34,413 bases of DNA from Treponema sp. (GTDB lineage: Bacteria; Spirochaetota; Spirochaetia; Treponematales; Rectinemataceae): NCBI GenBank assembly GCA_017849315.1, contig JAFIHQ010000105.1, positions 1 to 34,413 on the forward strand, given 5' to 3'. Positions 8,354-17,300 of the stretch are shown here, in pieces. Every line of letters starts with the position of its first letter. Within the stretch, counting starts at the first letter, position 1. Under the pieces are notes generated by a model that saw nothing but the letters and a program-made list of their open reading frames with translations, was not told where the DNA came from and did not search any database. The position numbers and the translations under genes are program-made.

Positions 8354-9547
8354 TCATAATTTCACCCTGACCTCTCTGCTCATCAGTTTTGGAAGCAAAG
8401 TGTCACGAAGTTTTTCAAGAGTGCGGATTTGCATTTTATTGCATAAAATCCTCTTGATTATTGGATTCGACTTGGAAGAAAAAAGTTCAAGCTTACTTTT
8501 GGGAGGTATACGCATCTTTATTCTTAGTGTTTCTACTGGGCTTAAATTCGGTTGGGCAGTTCCTTTGGCCATTTCTTCTAGTAAACGTTTTGTCTTCTCC
8601 ATTCTAAAGTATATGTATGTGTATGCCATATCTCTACTATTTTTGGCAAAAAGTTTCGCAACTCTCTGATTCAATAGAGCATTATTCACGTCAACAAGAC
8701 AACACCTTCCAACATTACCGGTAAGCGACAATAAAATATCGCCAGGTTTCAAATAGCAATAATTCGGCATTCTTGAAGGAATATCATTTATCTTATCAGT
8801 CTTTGAAATATCTAGATGGCCATCCTGTACAGATTTAATTGTTATTAAGCAATACTTGCCTAACTCTGTGAATAAGTCTGACTTAAATGGAAAACCCGGA
8901 AGAATATCTATCATATTAGCTATTGTTCCTTCCTCCCACTTCTCATCCGCCTCTTCAATAAACCACTGCCGAAACAGCGCCTCTGCCATCTGCTCCAATG
9001 TATGGTTTTCCCGGTTAAGCAAGTCTATCTTGTCGTCAAGACTGGAGAGCACAGAGGCAATGGTGCGCTGTTCGGGAAGTGGAGGAAGAAGAATTTCAAG
9101 ACTTTCAATATCTGCTGGTCTTAATGAAGGGTATGCTGAAGTTGATGCTTCTGCGATTATATCTAAATATTCTACAATTTCATGAGATGTCAGAAAATAA
9201 TAAATGAAAAAAGAATCTGCCTCTTTCTGATTTGTCTCAATTACTATAAATCCTGTTGAAACTACAAGGTTTGGAGGAGGATTTTTGATTATTCCATAAT
9301 GTCTTTGAATAGGCCTTACTGTTGAATAAATAATATCTTTATCTTTTACAAGTCTTTTTGCTCGGCTTGGTGCATCAGATAATAAAAGTTCCTGATAGCA
9401 ATCAACCTTCCCTCGCGTTATTGAGCTAGTATCTAAGTATAATATTTTATTTTGTGAATATTCATTATCAATGCTATTTCTATTTATTTCCGCAACCTCT
9501 CCCAGCTTGCATTCCCTCCATCCTTCCGGTATTCTGTCAGCCATCAT
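8354..9547 (-). CDS. hsdS: Type I R-M specificity subunit (HsdS), two target-recognition domains
   Basis: Two variable TRDs separated by the conserved central helix LPPLPEQRTIASVLSSLDDKIDLLNRENHTLEQMAEALFRQWF, with a matching C-terminal helix ...IRTLEKLRDTLLPKLMSREV. The start overlaps the upstream hnh stop (ATGA). Confidence 0.9.
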   Translation of the reverse strand: MMADRIPEGWRECKLGEVAEINRNSIDNEYSQNKILYLDTSSITRGKVDCYQELLLSDAPSRAKRLVKDKDIIYSTVRPIQRHYGIIKNPPPNLVVSTGFIVIETNQKEADSFFIYYFLTSHEIVEYLDIIAEASTSAYPSLRPADIESLEILLPPLPEQRTIASVLSSLDDKIDLLNRENHTLEQMAEALFRQWFIEEADEKWEEGTIANMIDILPGFPFKSDLFTELGKYCLITIKSVQDGHLDISKTDKINDIPSRMPNYCYLKPGDILLSLTGNVGRCCLVDVNNALLNQRVAKLFAKNSRDMAYTYIYFRMEKTKRLLEEMAKGTAQPNLSPVETLRIKMRIPPKSKLELFSSKSNPIIKRILCNKMQIRTLEKLRDTLLPKLMSREVRVKL

Positions 9548-10095
9548 GCCTCTCCTTCCACACGCAGATCCAGGTCAAGTACCGACAGTCTTTTTCCTCC
9601 GCAGTTGCTGTCCAGAGTTCCATTGCACTGGTGGCAGTAGTAAATGGTCTTCAGGTATTTCTTTTCAAGAAGCTCTGGGATGATGTCTGATGTGTTTTCA
9701 TCGGGATATAGCTCCTCGTAAAAGTGGTACAGTCCCTTCGTGCCCTTCCTAGAGTTGCAGGTTCTGCATGCCCATATCTGGTTGTGTATACCTTGGATCC
9801 GATCGCAGGTGGAACAGCGTTCGTTGATATTGAGTGAACGAGGAACAATGTGTTCCCAGCTCAAGCCGCTGGTGCTATCGCAGTAGATGCATTGTTTCTC
9901 CATTTCCACGAGCTGCCGGTCTTCCCGCAGTATTTCTGACCATTTCTTTTCATCGTTTTTCAATTCGCGAAAGGTTTTCTTGATAAAACCATACGACGTT
10001 GCCTTTGCATCCAGGCCAAAGGCGCTCTTTGCGATGATCTTTGCATATTGATAATAGATAAGGTCTCGTATTGTCTGTACTTCTCTATCAGGCAT
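9544..10095 (-). CDS. HNH endonuclease with four CxxC motifs (zinc-finger HNH), embedded in the R-M operon
   Basis: CIYCD...LSWEHIVPRS...HNQIWACRTCNSRKG is an HNH core. CxxC pairs: CIYC, CSTC, CRTC, CHQC. GGGAGG SD 6 nt upstream. Overlaps the ORF6N stop by 8 nt and the hsdS start by 4 nt. Confidence 0.8.
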   Translation of the reverse strand: MPDREVQTIRDLIYYQYAKIIAKSAFGLDAKATSYGFIKKTFRELKNDEKKWSEILREDRQLVEMEKQCIYCDSTSGLSWEHIVPRSLNINERCSTCDRIQGIHNQIWACRTCNSRKGTKGLYHFYEELYPDENTSDIIPELLEKKYLKTIYYCHQCNGTLDSNCGGKRLSVLDLDLRVEGEA

Positions 10096-10438
10096 AACAA
10101 GCCTCCCGCTTAATACTAACTTTTATCGCTGTTTCACTATGCAGAACAGTGGAAAGCATTGCTGCACCCTGCTCTGTAAATGCGTAGGGAAGATAGCGCC
10201 TGCCGCCCCAACTTGAGGTCACAATTTGTGACCTCAAGATTCCCATTTCAGATTCATTAAGCTGAAACATGAATTCAAGAGGAAATCGTTCTCTGTTTCG
10301 TTTTACTGCTTGATTCAACACCTTCGTTTCTACACCATAAAGCGCAGATAGATCTTCATCCAGCATCACCTGTACTCCACGAATTGTGTATATCCTGTTT
10401 TGAATATCTTCAACGGACACAAGTTCGTTTTCACTCAT
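10088..10438 (-). CDS. ORF6N-domain (KilA-N/Bro-N-related DNA-binding) protein
   Basis: [45 protein letters not shown]...EM is the characteristic ORF6N domain sequence. The start overlaps the hsdM stop (ATGA). Confidence 0.8.
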   Translation of the reverse strand: MSENELVSVEDIQNRIYTIRGVQVMLDEDLSALYGVETKVLNQAVKRNRERFPLEFMFQLNESEMGILRSQIVTSSWGGRRYLPYAFTEQGAAMLSTVLHSETAIKVSIKREACYA

Positions 10439-11979
10439 TTTATCTCAATCTTCTTCAAATTTTCCATTATGAGCCTGTTTAGTCGTTCTTCCTCTTTTAG
10501 CTCCTCCTCGAACTCTGCCTTTAACGCTGCAAAACGCTCATTAAAGTCAAAATCGTCTTCTTCATCGGGTAACCCCACATAGCGGCCGGGAGTGAGTACG
10601 TAATCCAGCTCTCGCACCCTTTCGATAGACGCAGAATTGCAGAACCCCTTTACGTCCTGGTATGTGCCGTTGGGATTTCGCCAGTTGTGATAGGTTGATG
10701 CAATCTTTTCTATGTCTTCGTTAGAAAACTCGAGCGTTCTGCGATTGATAAGGTGTCCCATGTTTCGGGCATCGATAAACAGAATCTCGTCGGTGCGGGT
10801 ACGATAGCCACCATTTGCCTTGTTCCTGCTGACAAACCATAGGCAGGCGGGTATCTGGGTGTTCAAGAATAATTTTGGAGGAAGGTTAACAATGCAGTCA
10901 ACGAGACGATCTTCAATGATCTGCTTCCGTATCTCTCCCTCACCTGATGTCTTCGAGGTAAGCGAGCCTTTTGCAAGTACAAACCCGGCAGCGCCGCTCG
11001 GGGCAAGATGATAAATGAAGTGCTGCACCCACGCGTAGTTTGCATTTCCTTCAGGCGGTACGCCATACTTCCATCTTCCATCTTTCCTGAGTAACTCCCC
11101 ACTCCAGTCGCTGTCGTTAAAAGGTGGATTGGCAAGCACATAATCCGCTTTCAAGTCCTTATGCGCATCGTTTAAAAATGAGCCTTCGTTGTTCCATTTG
11201 ACCTGTGAGCTATCTATTGCTCGTATGGCGAGGTTCATCTTGCAGAGCCGCCACGTGGTGAGGTTGCTCTCCTGACCATAGATAGAGATATCATTTACTC
11301 TGCCCTGATGTTGGGCGACAAACTTTTCCGACTGCACGAACATCCCGCCAGAGCCACAGCAGGGATCGAACACCCTACCTTTGTAGGGTTCGAGCATCTC
11401 GACAAGTAACTCTACAACGCTCCGGGGAGTATAGAATTGGCCTCCCTTCTTTCCTTCTGCAAGGGCAAACTCGCCAAGAAAGTACTCAAACACATGGCCC
11501 AGTACATCGGCGCTTCTGGCTTTTGCATCGTGCATGGCTATATTGCTGATAAGGTCAATAAGCCCACCAAGGTTCGCAGGGTCAAGATTGCCCCGGGCAT
11601 ATACCTTTGGCAGCACATCCTTGAGCGATGGATTCTCCTTTTCGATGGCATCCATGGCTGCATCAACAATGGTACCTATCGTGGGTTTCTTCGCCTCCGC
11701 TTGCAGGAATGACCAGCGAGCTTCATGAGGAACAAAAAAGACGTTCTCCGCACGATACTCATCTCTATCTTCGGGGTCTGCTCCCGCATACTCCCCTTCG
11801 CCTTTTTTCAGCTTCTCGTACAGGCTTTCAAAGGCATCCGATATGTACTTGAGAAAAATTAAGCCCAGAACGACATGCTTGTATTCCGCAGCATCTATGT
11901 TTTTTCTGAGCTTGTCAGCAGCCTTCCAGAGCTGTTTTTCCAGTGGTTCTTCTTGCCAGTTATCGTTTTTCTTTGCCAT
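10435..11979 (-). CDS. hsdM: Type I R-M N6-adenine DNA methyltransferase subunit (HsdM)
   Basis: HsdM_N-like N-terminus (LWKAADKLR...[16 protein letters not shown]), AdoMet motif [13 protein letters not shown], and catalytic motif IV LANPPFN. Confidence 0.95.
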   Translation of the reverse strand: MAKKNDNWQEEPLEKQLWKAADKLRKNIDAAEYKHVVLGLIFLKYISDAFESLYEKLKKGEGEYAGADPEDRDEYRAENVFFVPHEARWSFLQAEAKKPTIGTIVDAAMDAIEKENPSLKDVLPKVYARGNLDPANLGGLIDLISNIAMHDAKARSADVLGHVFEYFLGEFALAEGKKGGQFYTPRSVVELLVEMLEPYKGRVFDPCCGSGGMFVQSEKFVAQHQGRVNDISIYGQESNLTTWRLCKMNLAIRAIDSSQVKWNNEGSFLNDAHKDLKADYVLANPPFNDSDWSGELLRKDGRWKYGVPPEGNANYAWVQHFIYHLAPSGAAGFVLAKGSLTSKTSGEGEIRKQIIEDRLVDCIVNLPPKLFLNTQIPACLWFVSRNKANGGYRTRTDEILFIDARNMGHLINRRTLEFSNEDIEKIASTYHNWRNPNGTYQDVKGFCNSASIERVRELDYVLTPGRYVGLPDEEDDFDFNERFAALKAEFEEELKEEERLNRLIMENLKKIEIK

Positions 11980-11989
11980 AGTATACTCT

Positions 11990-12018
11990 ATAATGAATCA
12001 ACTCTTAAGAACTGGCAA
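11990..12018 (-). promoter_or_regulatory. Putative hsdM promoter (near-leaderless arrangement)
   Basis: On the minus strand: TTGCCA (12018-12013), 17-nt spacer, CATTAT (11995-11990). The hsdM ATG (11979) lies only 10 nt after the -10 and there is no SD. Confidence 0.35.
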
Positions 12019-12062
12019 CCAGATATCTCGAAAATTCTGTTGTTCCTTACTTTTGCTTATAA

Positions 12063-12482
12063 GACGAGCAGGTCAAGGCAATAGTCACGTTCGAGGCAAA
12101 CAAACAGGAAATGAACCTCCAGCAGGTTGGAGAAGCCTTAAAAGAGGCTCTAGCGCACTATGGAGCCCCTTGTATATTCAATACTGATCAGGGCAGCCAG
12201 TTTACGTCGAATACGTTTATACATCTTCTCCAGGAACAGGGGATAAGAATCAGCATGGATGGCCGCGGCCGCTGGCGGGATAACGTGCATATCGAACGGC
12301 TCTGGAGGACGGTCAAGTACGAAGACATCTATCTCCAGGGCTATGAAAACGTACGGTCGTTAAAACGGGGCCTTGCTTCGTACTTTATAGTTTATAACCA
12401 GTATAGGTTCCATCAGAACCTGGACTACGAGACGCGCGACCACCGCTATCGTTCGTTTCAGGCAAAGGATTTGGTAGCATGA
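12063..12482 (+). mobile_element. IS3-family transposase (rve/integrase core) 3' remnant, 5'-truncated pseudogene
   Basis: ...CIFNTDQGSQFTS...ISMDGRGRWRDNVHIERLWRTVKYEDIYL...YNQYRFHQNLDY matches the C-terminal DDE region (D..GSQ; DN..IERLWR.LKYE) of IS3-family OrfB. The in-frame upstream sequence runs into a stop at 12060-12062. No N-terminal HTH, OrfA or first catalytic D region is present. Confidence 0.8.
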
Positions 12483-12758
12483 AGTACCACCTTATTCGTG
12501 AACTCTTTTTGGTCTTGACTAATGGGCCCAGCTTCCTCCGACTTTGACGCCCGCCTGGCCGGCGGTAAGGACAACCATGGTCAAAATGGAGGTTTTGTCT
12601 AGCATGACTAGCGAAATGCGCGCCGGCCAGCCACGCCGCGATGGGCAAGCTCCACGCGGCCCTCATGCCTTTTGCAACAGAACACATAACGGGCTTTCGG
12701 CCAGACAAACAGTAAGATAAGCTATTAAGTACGCAGAATTAAGTACGCATAATAGAGG

Positions 12759-13334
12759 ATGAAGCCCCTTCGTTTGTCTATTCTGCAACTGGAGGACTAT
12801 CTGTTGAAAACAGTTGCTTACATTGCCTGCTCGATGGATGGCTACATAGCGCGGGCAGATGGCGATATCGAATGGCTAACTCAAATACCCAATCCTGAGC
12901 ATAGTGATTATGGATACGGAGATTTTCTCAAGACGATCGATGCCGTCCTATTGGGAAAAAACACTTTTGAACTGGCAATGCAATTCCCCGAGTGGCCTTA
13001 TTCAAAGCCGGTCTTCGTACTTTCTACCACTTTAAGACAGGTGCCGCCTCGTTTTGAAGGAAAGGTAGAGGTCCTAAATGGCCCCCTAACTCGAGTTCTT
13101 GAAACGCTTGAGAATCGGGGAATCGCCAATCTGTATGTGGACGGTGGTATGTTGATTCGAAGTTTGCTTCGAGAGGATCGGCTTGACGAGATGATAATCA
13201 CCACCGTGCCTGTCGTGTTGGGAGGGGGAATTCCGCTATTTGGCGAAACAGCGAAAACATTGGCTTTTGACTTGGTACGATCTGAGATCATCAATCACTC
13301 TATGGTCAAGACTTGCTATAGGAGAATAAGGTAG
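12759..13334 (+). CDS. Dihydrofolate reductase-family protein (RibD C-terminal domain)
   Basis: AYIACSMDGYIARADGDIEWL...DAVLLGKNTFE...VFVLS...LYVDGG..I.S.L...L.DE..I...PV.LG.GIPLF fits the RibD_C/DHFR-like fold. The likely true start is TTG 12804 (GGAGG at 12791-12795) rather than ATG 12759. Confidence 0.75.
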   Translation: MKPLRLSILQLEDYLLKTVAYIACSMDGYIARADGDIEWLTQIPNPEHSDYGYGDFLKTIDAVLLGKNTFELAMQFPEWPYSKPVFVLSTTLRQVPPRFEGKVEVLNGPLTRVLETLENRGIANLYVDGGMLIRSLLREDRLDEMIITTVPVVLGGGIPLFGETAKTLAFDLVRSEIINHSMVKTCYRRIR

Positions 13335-13463
13335 CGGTCTTCAGAGAGCGACCGTACTCCGAAGATCTACCCAAAAAGGGCCAAGGTGGTATAGTTATTT
13401 GATTTATTCTTGGGCTTACCGCCGCTTGGAGTGTATATTCAGTCGGTGACAACTAAACAGACA

Positions 13464-14216
13464 CTAACGTTTCAAAACAGTGCGCTGGTTGACAATCAGG
13501 TCAAAATAAGTAGGGTTCAAATAGTACTTGTTATGCGTAACAATGTTGGAAGTTCCACTATACAGTGTTTCACTTAAAAGAATTAATGAATTTGAGTTAA
13601 TCAGGGTCTGTTCATTAGAAAACTCTTTTCTGCTTGTAATTGAAACATGCGTCACCGCATATGATGCAAGGCCATAGATGTCACGCTCGAGAAAAAGCTT
13701 AACTTTCTCTGCGTCCTGAATATCAATTTGAAGAGCCGAAAGTGCATCAATATCCGTGAAAGAAAAGCAACAAGCTACCAGCCTGTTTTGGAATCTATAC
13801 CAACGATCAGAGGCCATAACTACTCTGGACTTATCGTATCCAAAGAGTTTCATCACGTATTCGCTTGCTGCTTCGAATCTTATGTCGATTTTTGTTTCTT
13901 GAATTGTGCATGTAGCATAGGTCAGAACAGGGTTTGCGATATTCTCCAGCCCCCTGGACTTTCTTCCGGCCAAATCCACTATGAAGTTGCCTTTGCCGTG
14001 TTCCCTGCGAATTATGCCATCTTCTGTCATCAGTATGAGAGCCTGGCGTAGCGTTGGTCTGCTAACACCAAGCTCAGCAGCAAGTTTTATTTCACCGGGA
14101 AGTTTGTCGCCTTCCTTAAAGTTATTATCCTGAATGAACTTGAATATACGCTCATAGGTGTGCACATAGAGGGGTTTCTTAGTTGTGTTAGGCGCAATGA
14201 CTTCTTCGGTAAACAT
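13464..14216 (-). CDS. GntR-family (HutC subfamily: wHTH + UTRA) transcriptional regulator
   Basis: N-terminal PLYVHTYERIFKFIQDNNFKEGDKLPGEIKLAAELGVSRPTLRQALILMTEDGIIRREHGKGNFI is a GntR wHTH, followed by an effector domain of roughly 170 aa. The first ATG is at 14216; the ORF-track start at 14219 is a TTG. Confidence 0.85.
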   Translation of the reverse strand: MFTEEVIAPNTTKKPLYVHTYERIFKFIQDNNFKEGDKLPGEIKLAAELGVSRPTLRQALILMTEDGIIRREHGKGNFIVDLAGRKSRGLENIANPVLTYATCTIQETKIDIRFEAASEYVMKLFGYDKSRVVMASDRWYRFQNRLVACCFSFTDIDALSALQIDIQDAEKVKLFLERDIYGLASYAVTHVSITSRKEFSNEQTLINSNSLILLSETLYSGTSNIVTHNKYYLNPTYFDLIVNQRTVLKR

Positions 14217-14223
14217 CAAACAT

Positions 14224-15000
14224 TCACTTTTTCAGTTTGGTTTGTTCTAAGGCATAGATGGTTTCCAATACCACCTTGATTTCGAGATCCCACGCCTCAG
14301 CCAACTTGGTGTTCTCTGTTGTATAGATAACCTCACCTGTTGTCAAGTTCCCCGACGCGCCGCAGATGCAGGCAGTAACGACGTCTCTCAAATGGCCGAT
14401 GGTGAAGAGTGCCGACGATTCCATCTCTATGTTTTGTATCTTGAGGTCCTGCAGCTTTTTGATGAACTCCGGGGTCTCGCCATAGAATGCATCGTCAGTA
14501 CTGCTGATGCCAGCAAACACTCTTGTGTTGGTGCCTTGAGTCATACGCTTTGCGGTTTGTATGAGTAAGTTTGTAAAATCAAAGTCTGGAACCGCCGGGA
14601 AGTTGTTGGGTACATAGAATGACGAAGTGCCCTCATTCTTCATTGAAGCCGTGGAAATAAGTAAATCTCCAATTTTTACGTCCGGCCTGATAGCTGCCGA
14701 GCTTCCAATCCGGATTAAGTTCTTTGCCCCAATATGAATAAGTTCTTCTGCTGCGATCGCTGTGGACGGACACCCCATACCTGTTGACGTCACACTGACT
14801 TTGACTCCTTTATAATAACCGGTAAATGTTCTATGTTCTCTATGATTCGCCATAAGCCTGGCATTATCGAGGTATTTTGCTACCCTATCGCTACGGGCTG
14901 GGTCACCAGGCAATAAGACATACTCACCTACATCGCCAACATCGAGCTCGATGTGGTACTGCCGCGTGTTTTTTGTAATTGCATTCTTGTCGATCGACAT
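14224..15000 (-). CDS. Nucleoside phosphorylase (PNP_UDP_1 family, uridine phosphorylase-like)
   Basis: LPGDPARSDRVAKYLD...REHRTFTGYYKGVKVSVTSTGMGCPSTAIAAEELIHIGAKNLIRIGSS..I...EMES resembles Udp/DeoD-type phosphorylases. Start set to ATG 15000 (AAGGAG SD) rather than 15054. Confidence 0.8.
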   Translation of the reverse strand: MSIDKNAITKNTRQYHIELDVGDVGEYVLLPGDPARSDRVAKYLDNARLMANHREHRTFTGYYKGVKVSVTSTGMGCPSTAIAAEELIHIGAKNLIRIGSSAAIRPDVKIGDLLISTASMKNEGTSSFYVPNNFPAVPDFDFTNLLIQTAKRMTQGTNTRVFAGISSTDDAFYGETPEFIKKLQDLKIQNIEMESSALFTIGHLRDVVTACICGASGNLTTGEVIYTTENTKLAEAWDLEIKVVLETIYALEQTKLKK

Positions 15001-15062
15001 ACTTAACTCCTTATCAAATCTATAGAATTCGAAATTAAAATCTTGAGGCAACAAAGTTGCCT

Positions 15063-16391
15063 TTAAAGTAGCCCGGCTTGCACACGGATTGACCGCGAGA
15101 GAGCATTCGTGTGCGCAAGTATAGACGCTGTATCAAGAGTGACTATATGGCGGTCCCGCATAAGCCAACGACCCGCCACCATAGTGTCTGTAACGTCTTT
15201 TCCTGAAGCGCAATACACAAGGGCTGTATAGAGTGAATCTGCACACATGGCAAAAAGAGGTTGCAAGTGCGGCGCGTTCAGGTCTATTGCAATTAAATCG
15301 GCATCTTTACCTGGTTCCAAGCTCCCAATCTTCGTTTGTAAGCCTAATGCGGTGGCTCCTGACATCGTCACCAACCTAATGGCTTCCGCAACAGGCAGAA
15401 AAGCGGCGTCGCGTTCTCGCTGTTTTTGAATAAGAACACCAGTTTTCAGGTCCTGTAGGAGGTCAAGCGTATTATTGCTTTGAGCCCCATCCGTCCCCAT
15501 AGACACCTGCACCCCTGCCCTAGTTAACTCGGCATACGGCATTATTCCAGATACAAGTTTCAGGTTGCTTACAGGATTATAGCTCACGTGCACATTCCGT
15601 TGCTTTAGGATCGCAATATCGTTTTCGGATACATGTACACAGTGTGCTGCAAGCGTTGGGCGGCTTAGGACACCTAAATCGTCTAACCACGCAGTTGGCG
15701 TCCGGTCATATTGAGTAAGGAACTGCGTATTTTCCTTTTGGGTCTCTGAAATGTGTGTGTGAATCATGACGTCATTTTCTTGAGACACCTGTACAACTTC
15801 TTGCCACTGCTCCTTGGCGACGCTGTATGGTGCGTGTGGCCCCAATCCAGGCACAATAAGAGGATTTCGACCCTTCCAAGACTCGACAAAATCGGCAGCC
15901 GTTTGGACGGTTTGACATAATTGCGGTTTACCATTAGCAAAAATACTGGCACACAACAGAGCTCGCAGGCCACTTTCGGAGACTGCTTTTGCAACCGTTG
16001 GAGTAAAATAGAATTGGTCGGCAAAAGTAGTTACACCGCTCATAATCGATTCTATACAAGTGTGGAGTACCCCATAATAAACCGCCTCTTCACTCAAAAA
16101 TGATTCAGCAGGCCACATCATTTTGTTTAACCACACATCCAAAGGGACATCTTCTCCAAGGTTGCGAAAAAGTGGCGAGTGCGAATGAATATGCGTGTTT
16201 ATAAGGCCTGGCATAACAAGTTTCCCTGAAAAATCAAGTTCCTGATCGTCCTTGCGCAATTCAGGACACTGTGCGTCGGCACCAACATATTCAATCTGTC
16301 CGGCATCTGTTATCAGACATCCATCAGGATAAAATGCGTTTTTATCATCAACTGTAAGAAGAACGGCATGACGCAGGACAGTCCGGCTCAT
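15063..16391 (-). CDS. Amidohydrolase-family deaminase (MtaD/SsnA/chlorohydrolase-like)
   Basis: Metal-binding LINTHIHSH near the N-terminus, later HTHISE, HCVH and GTDG motifs typical of amidohydrolase-superfamily nucleobase or nucleoside deaminases. ATGA overlap with the upstream permease gene. Substrate cannot be determined from sequence. Confidence 0.75.
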   Translation of the reverse strand: MSRTVLRHAVLLTVDDKNAFYPDGCLITDAGQIEYVGADAQCPELRKDDQELDFSGKLVMPGLINTHIHSHSPLFRNLGEDVPLDVWLNKMMWPAESFLSEEAVYYGVLHTCIESIMSGVTTFADQFYFTPTVAKAVSESGLRALLCASIFANGKPQLCQTVQTAADFVESWKGRNPLIVPGLGPHAPYSVAKEQWQEVVQVSQENDVMIHTHISETQKENTQFLTQYDRTPTAWLDDLGVLSRPTLAAHCVHVSENDIAILKQRNVHVSYNPVSNLKLVSGIMPYAELTRAGVQVSMGTDGAQSNNTLDLLQDLKTGVLIQKQRERDAAFLPVAEAIRLVTMSGATALGLQTKIGSLEPGKDADLIAIDLNAPHLQPLFAMCADSLYTALVYCASGKDVTDTMVAGRWLMRDRHIVTLDTASILAHTNALSRSIRVQAGLL

Positions 16392-17299
16392 TCCAACACT
16401 CCTAGTTTTGCGGGCGACCTTGTTTTGCGGCCAACCACTATAAGAACAATCAGCGTGATTAGGTAAGGGATCATCTGGCTGATCTGATCGGGTACATTAA
16501 ATGCTGAGAATTGAAACCGTAATGCCTGAGTGAATGCAAAGAGCAGGCTCGCAAGTAAAGAACCTAAAGGGTTCCAACCTCCAAGAATATTTGCTGCAAT
16601 TGCTATAAATCCTCTTCCTGCTACCATGTTGTTCACAAATAGATTACTGTGCACTACTGATAGATATGCTCCACCTAAAGAAGCCAGGCAACTGCTCACT
16701 ACGATTGCAATTGTGCGATAGCGAGCGACAGGAATGCCGGCAGTTGCCGCTGCTAGAGGATTCTCACCTATGGCCTGTAAGCGTAAGCCCTGTTTTGTTC
16801 TCCAAAGGAAAAACCATGCAGCGAGTGCAATGATGAGTGTGATAGGAATAAAAGGCGAAACATCAGTAAAGAAAATGCCTAGTACTGGAATTTGCTTAAG
16901 AAGTGAAACCGAAAAAGTTGACATTTGGTTAACAATTCCTGAGATTCCTTCTTTCTTCCAAATGAACTTGACGATCACAACTGAAAGGCCACTTGCCATG
17001 ATATTGAGGCCAATTCCTATAACTGACTGATTGGCTTCGAAGGTCAGTACACAAAGCGTGTAAAGCAAACCAATTATTGCGCCAACGACCAAAGCCACCA
17101 AAACGCCGATCCATGCAGAACCCAAAAAGTGGGAGCCCACAACCCCACTGAGAGCCCCTAAAAGCATTATACCTTCAGCACCTAAGTTGACAACGCCTGA
17201 ACGTTCTGACAAGGAAACACCAATAGACGCGAGAGCGATGGGTACTGCCAGCCGAAAGGTCATCATGAGGATATTCGCTACAAATACTGCAGTTGCCAT
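16388..17299 (-). CDS. ABC transporter permease (nucleoside/simple-sugar CUT2 type, second permease)
   Basis: 303 aa, polytopic and hydrophobic, BPD_transp_2-like. Follows the first permease with a 1-nt gap. Confidence 0.85.
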   Translation of the reverse strand: MATAVFVANILMMTFRLAVPIALASIGVSLSERSGVVNLGAEGIMLLGALSGVVGSHFLGSAWIGVLVALVVGAIIGLLYTLCVLTFEANQSVIGIGLNIMASGLSVVIVKFIWKKEGISGIVNQMSTFSVSLLKQIPVLGIFFTDVSPFIPITLIIALAAWFFLWRTKQGLRLQAIGENPLAAATAGIPVARYRTIAIVVSSCLASLGGAYLSVVHSNLFVNNMVAGRGFIAIAANILGGWNPLGSLLASLLFAFTQALRFQFSAFNVPDQISQMIPYLITLIVLIVVGRKTRSPAKLGVLE

Positions 17300-17300
17300 T

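Noticed and set aside
7513-12030. Shared 8-mer ATATCTCG upstream of hsdR (7514-7521) and upstream of hsdM (about 12023-12030), considered as a common operator
   Set aside because: A single shared 8-mer between two intergenic regions of about 150 nt each is expected by chance, and no extended similarity surrounds it.
12385-12708. 107-aa minus-strand ORF, and small plus-strand ORFs, in the GC-rich stretch after the IS remnant
   Set aside because: No SD and no recognisable domain. It overlaps the end of the transposase remnant and is more likely IS-end or junction debris.
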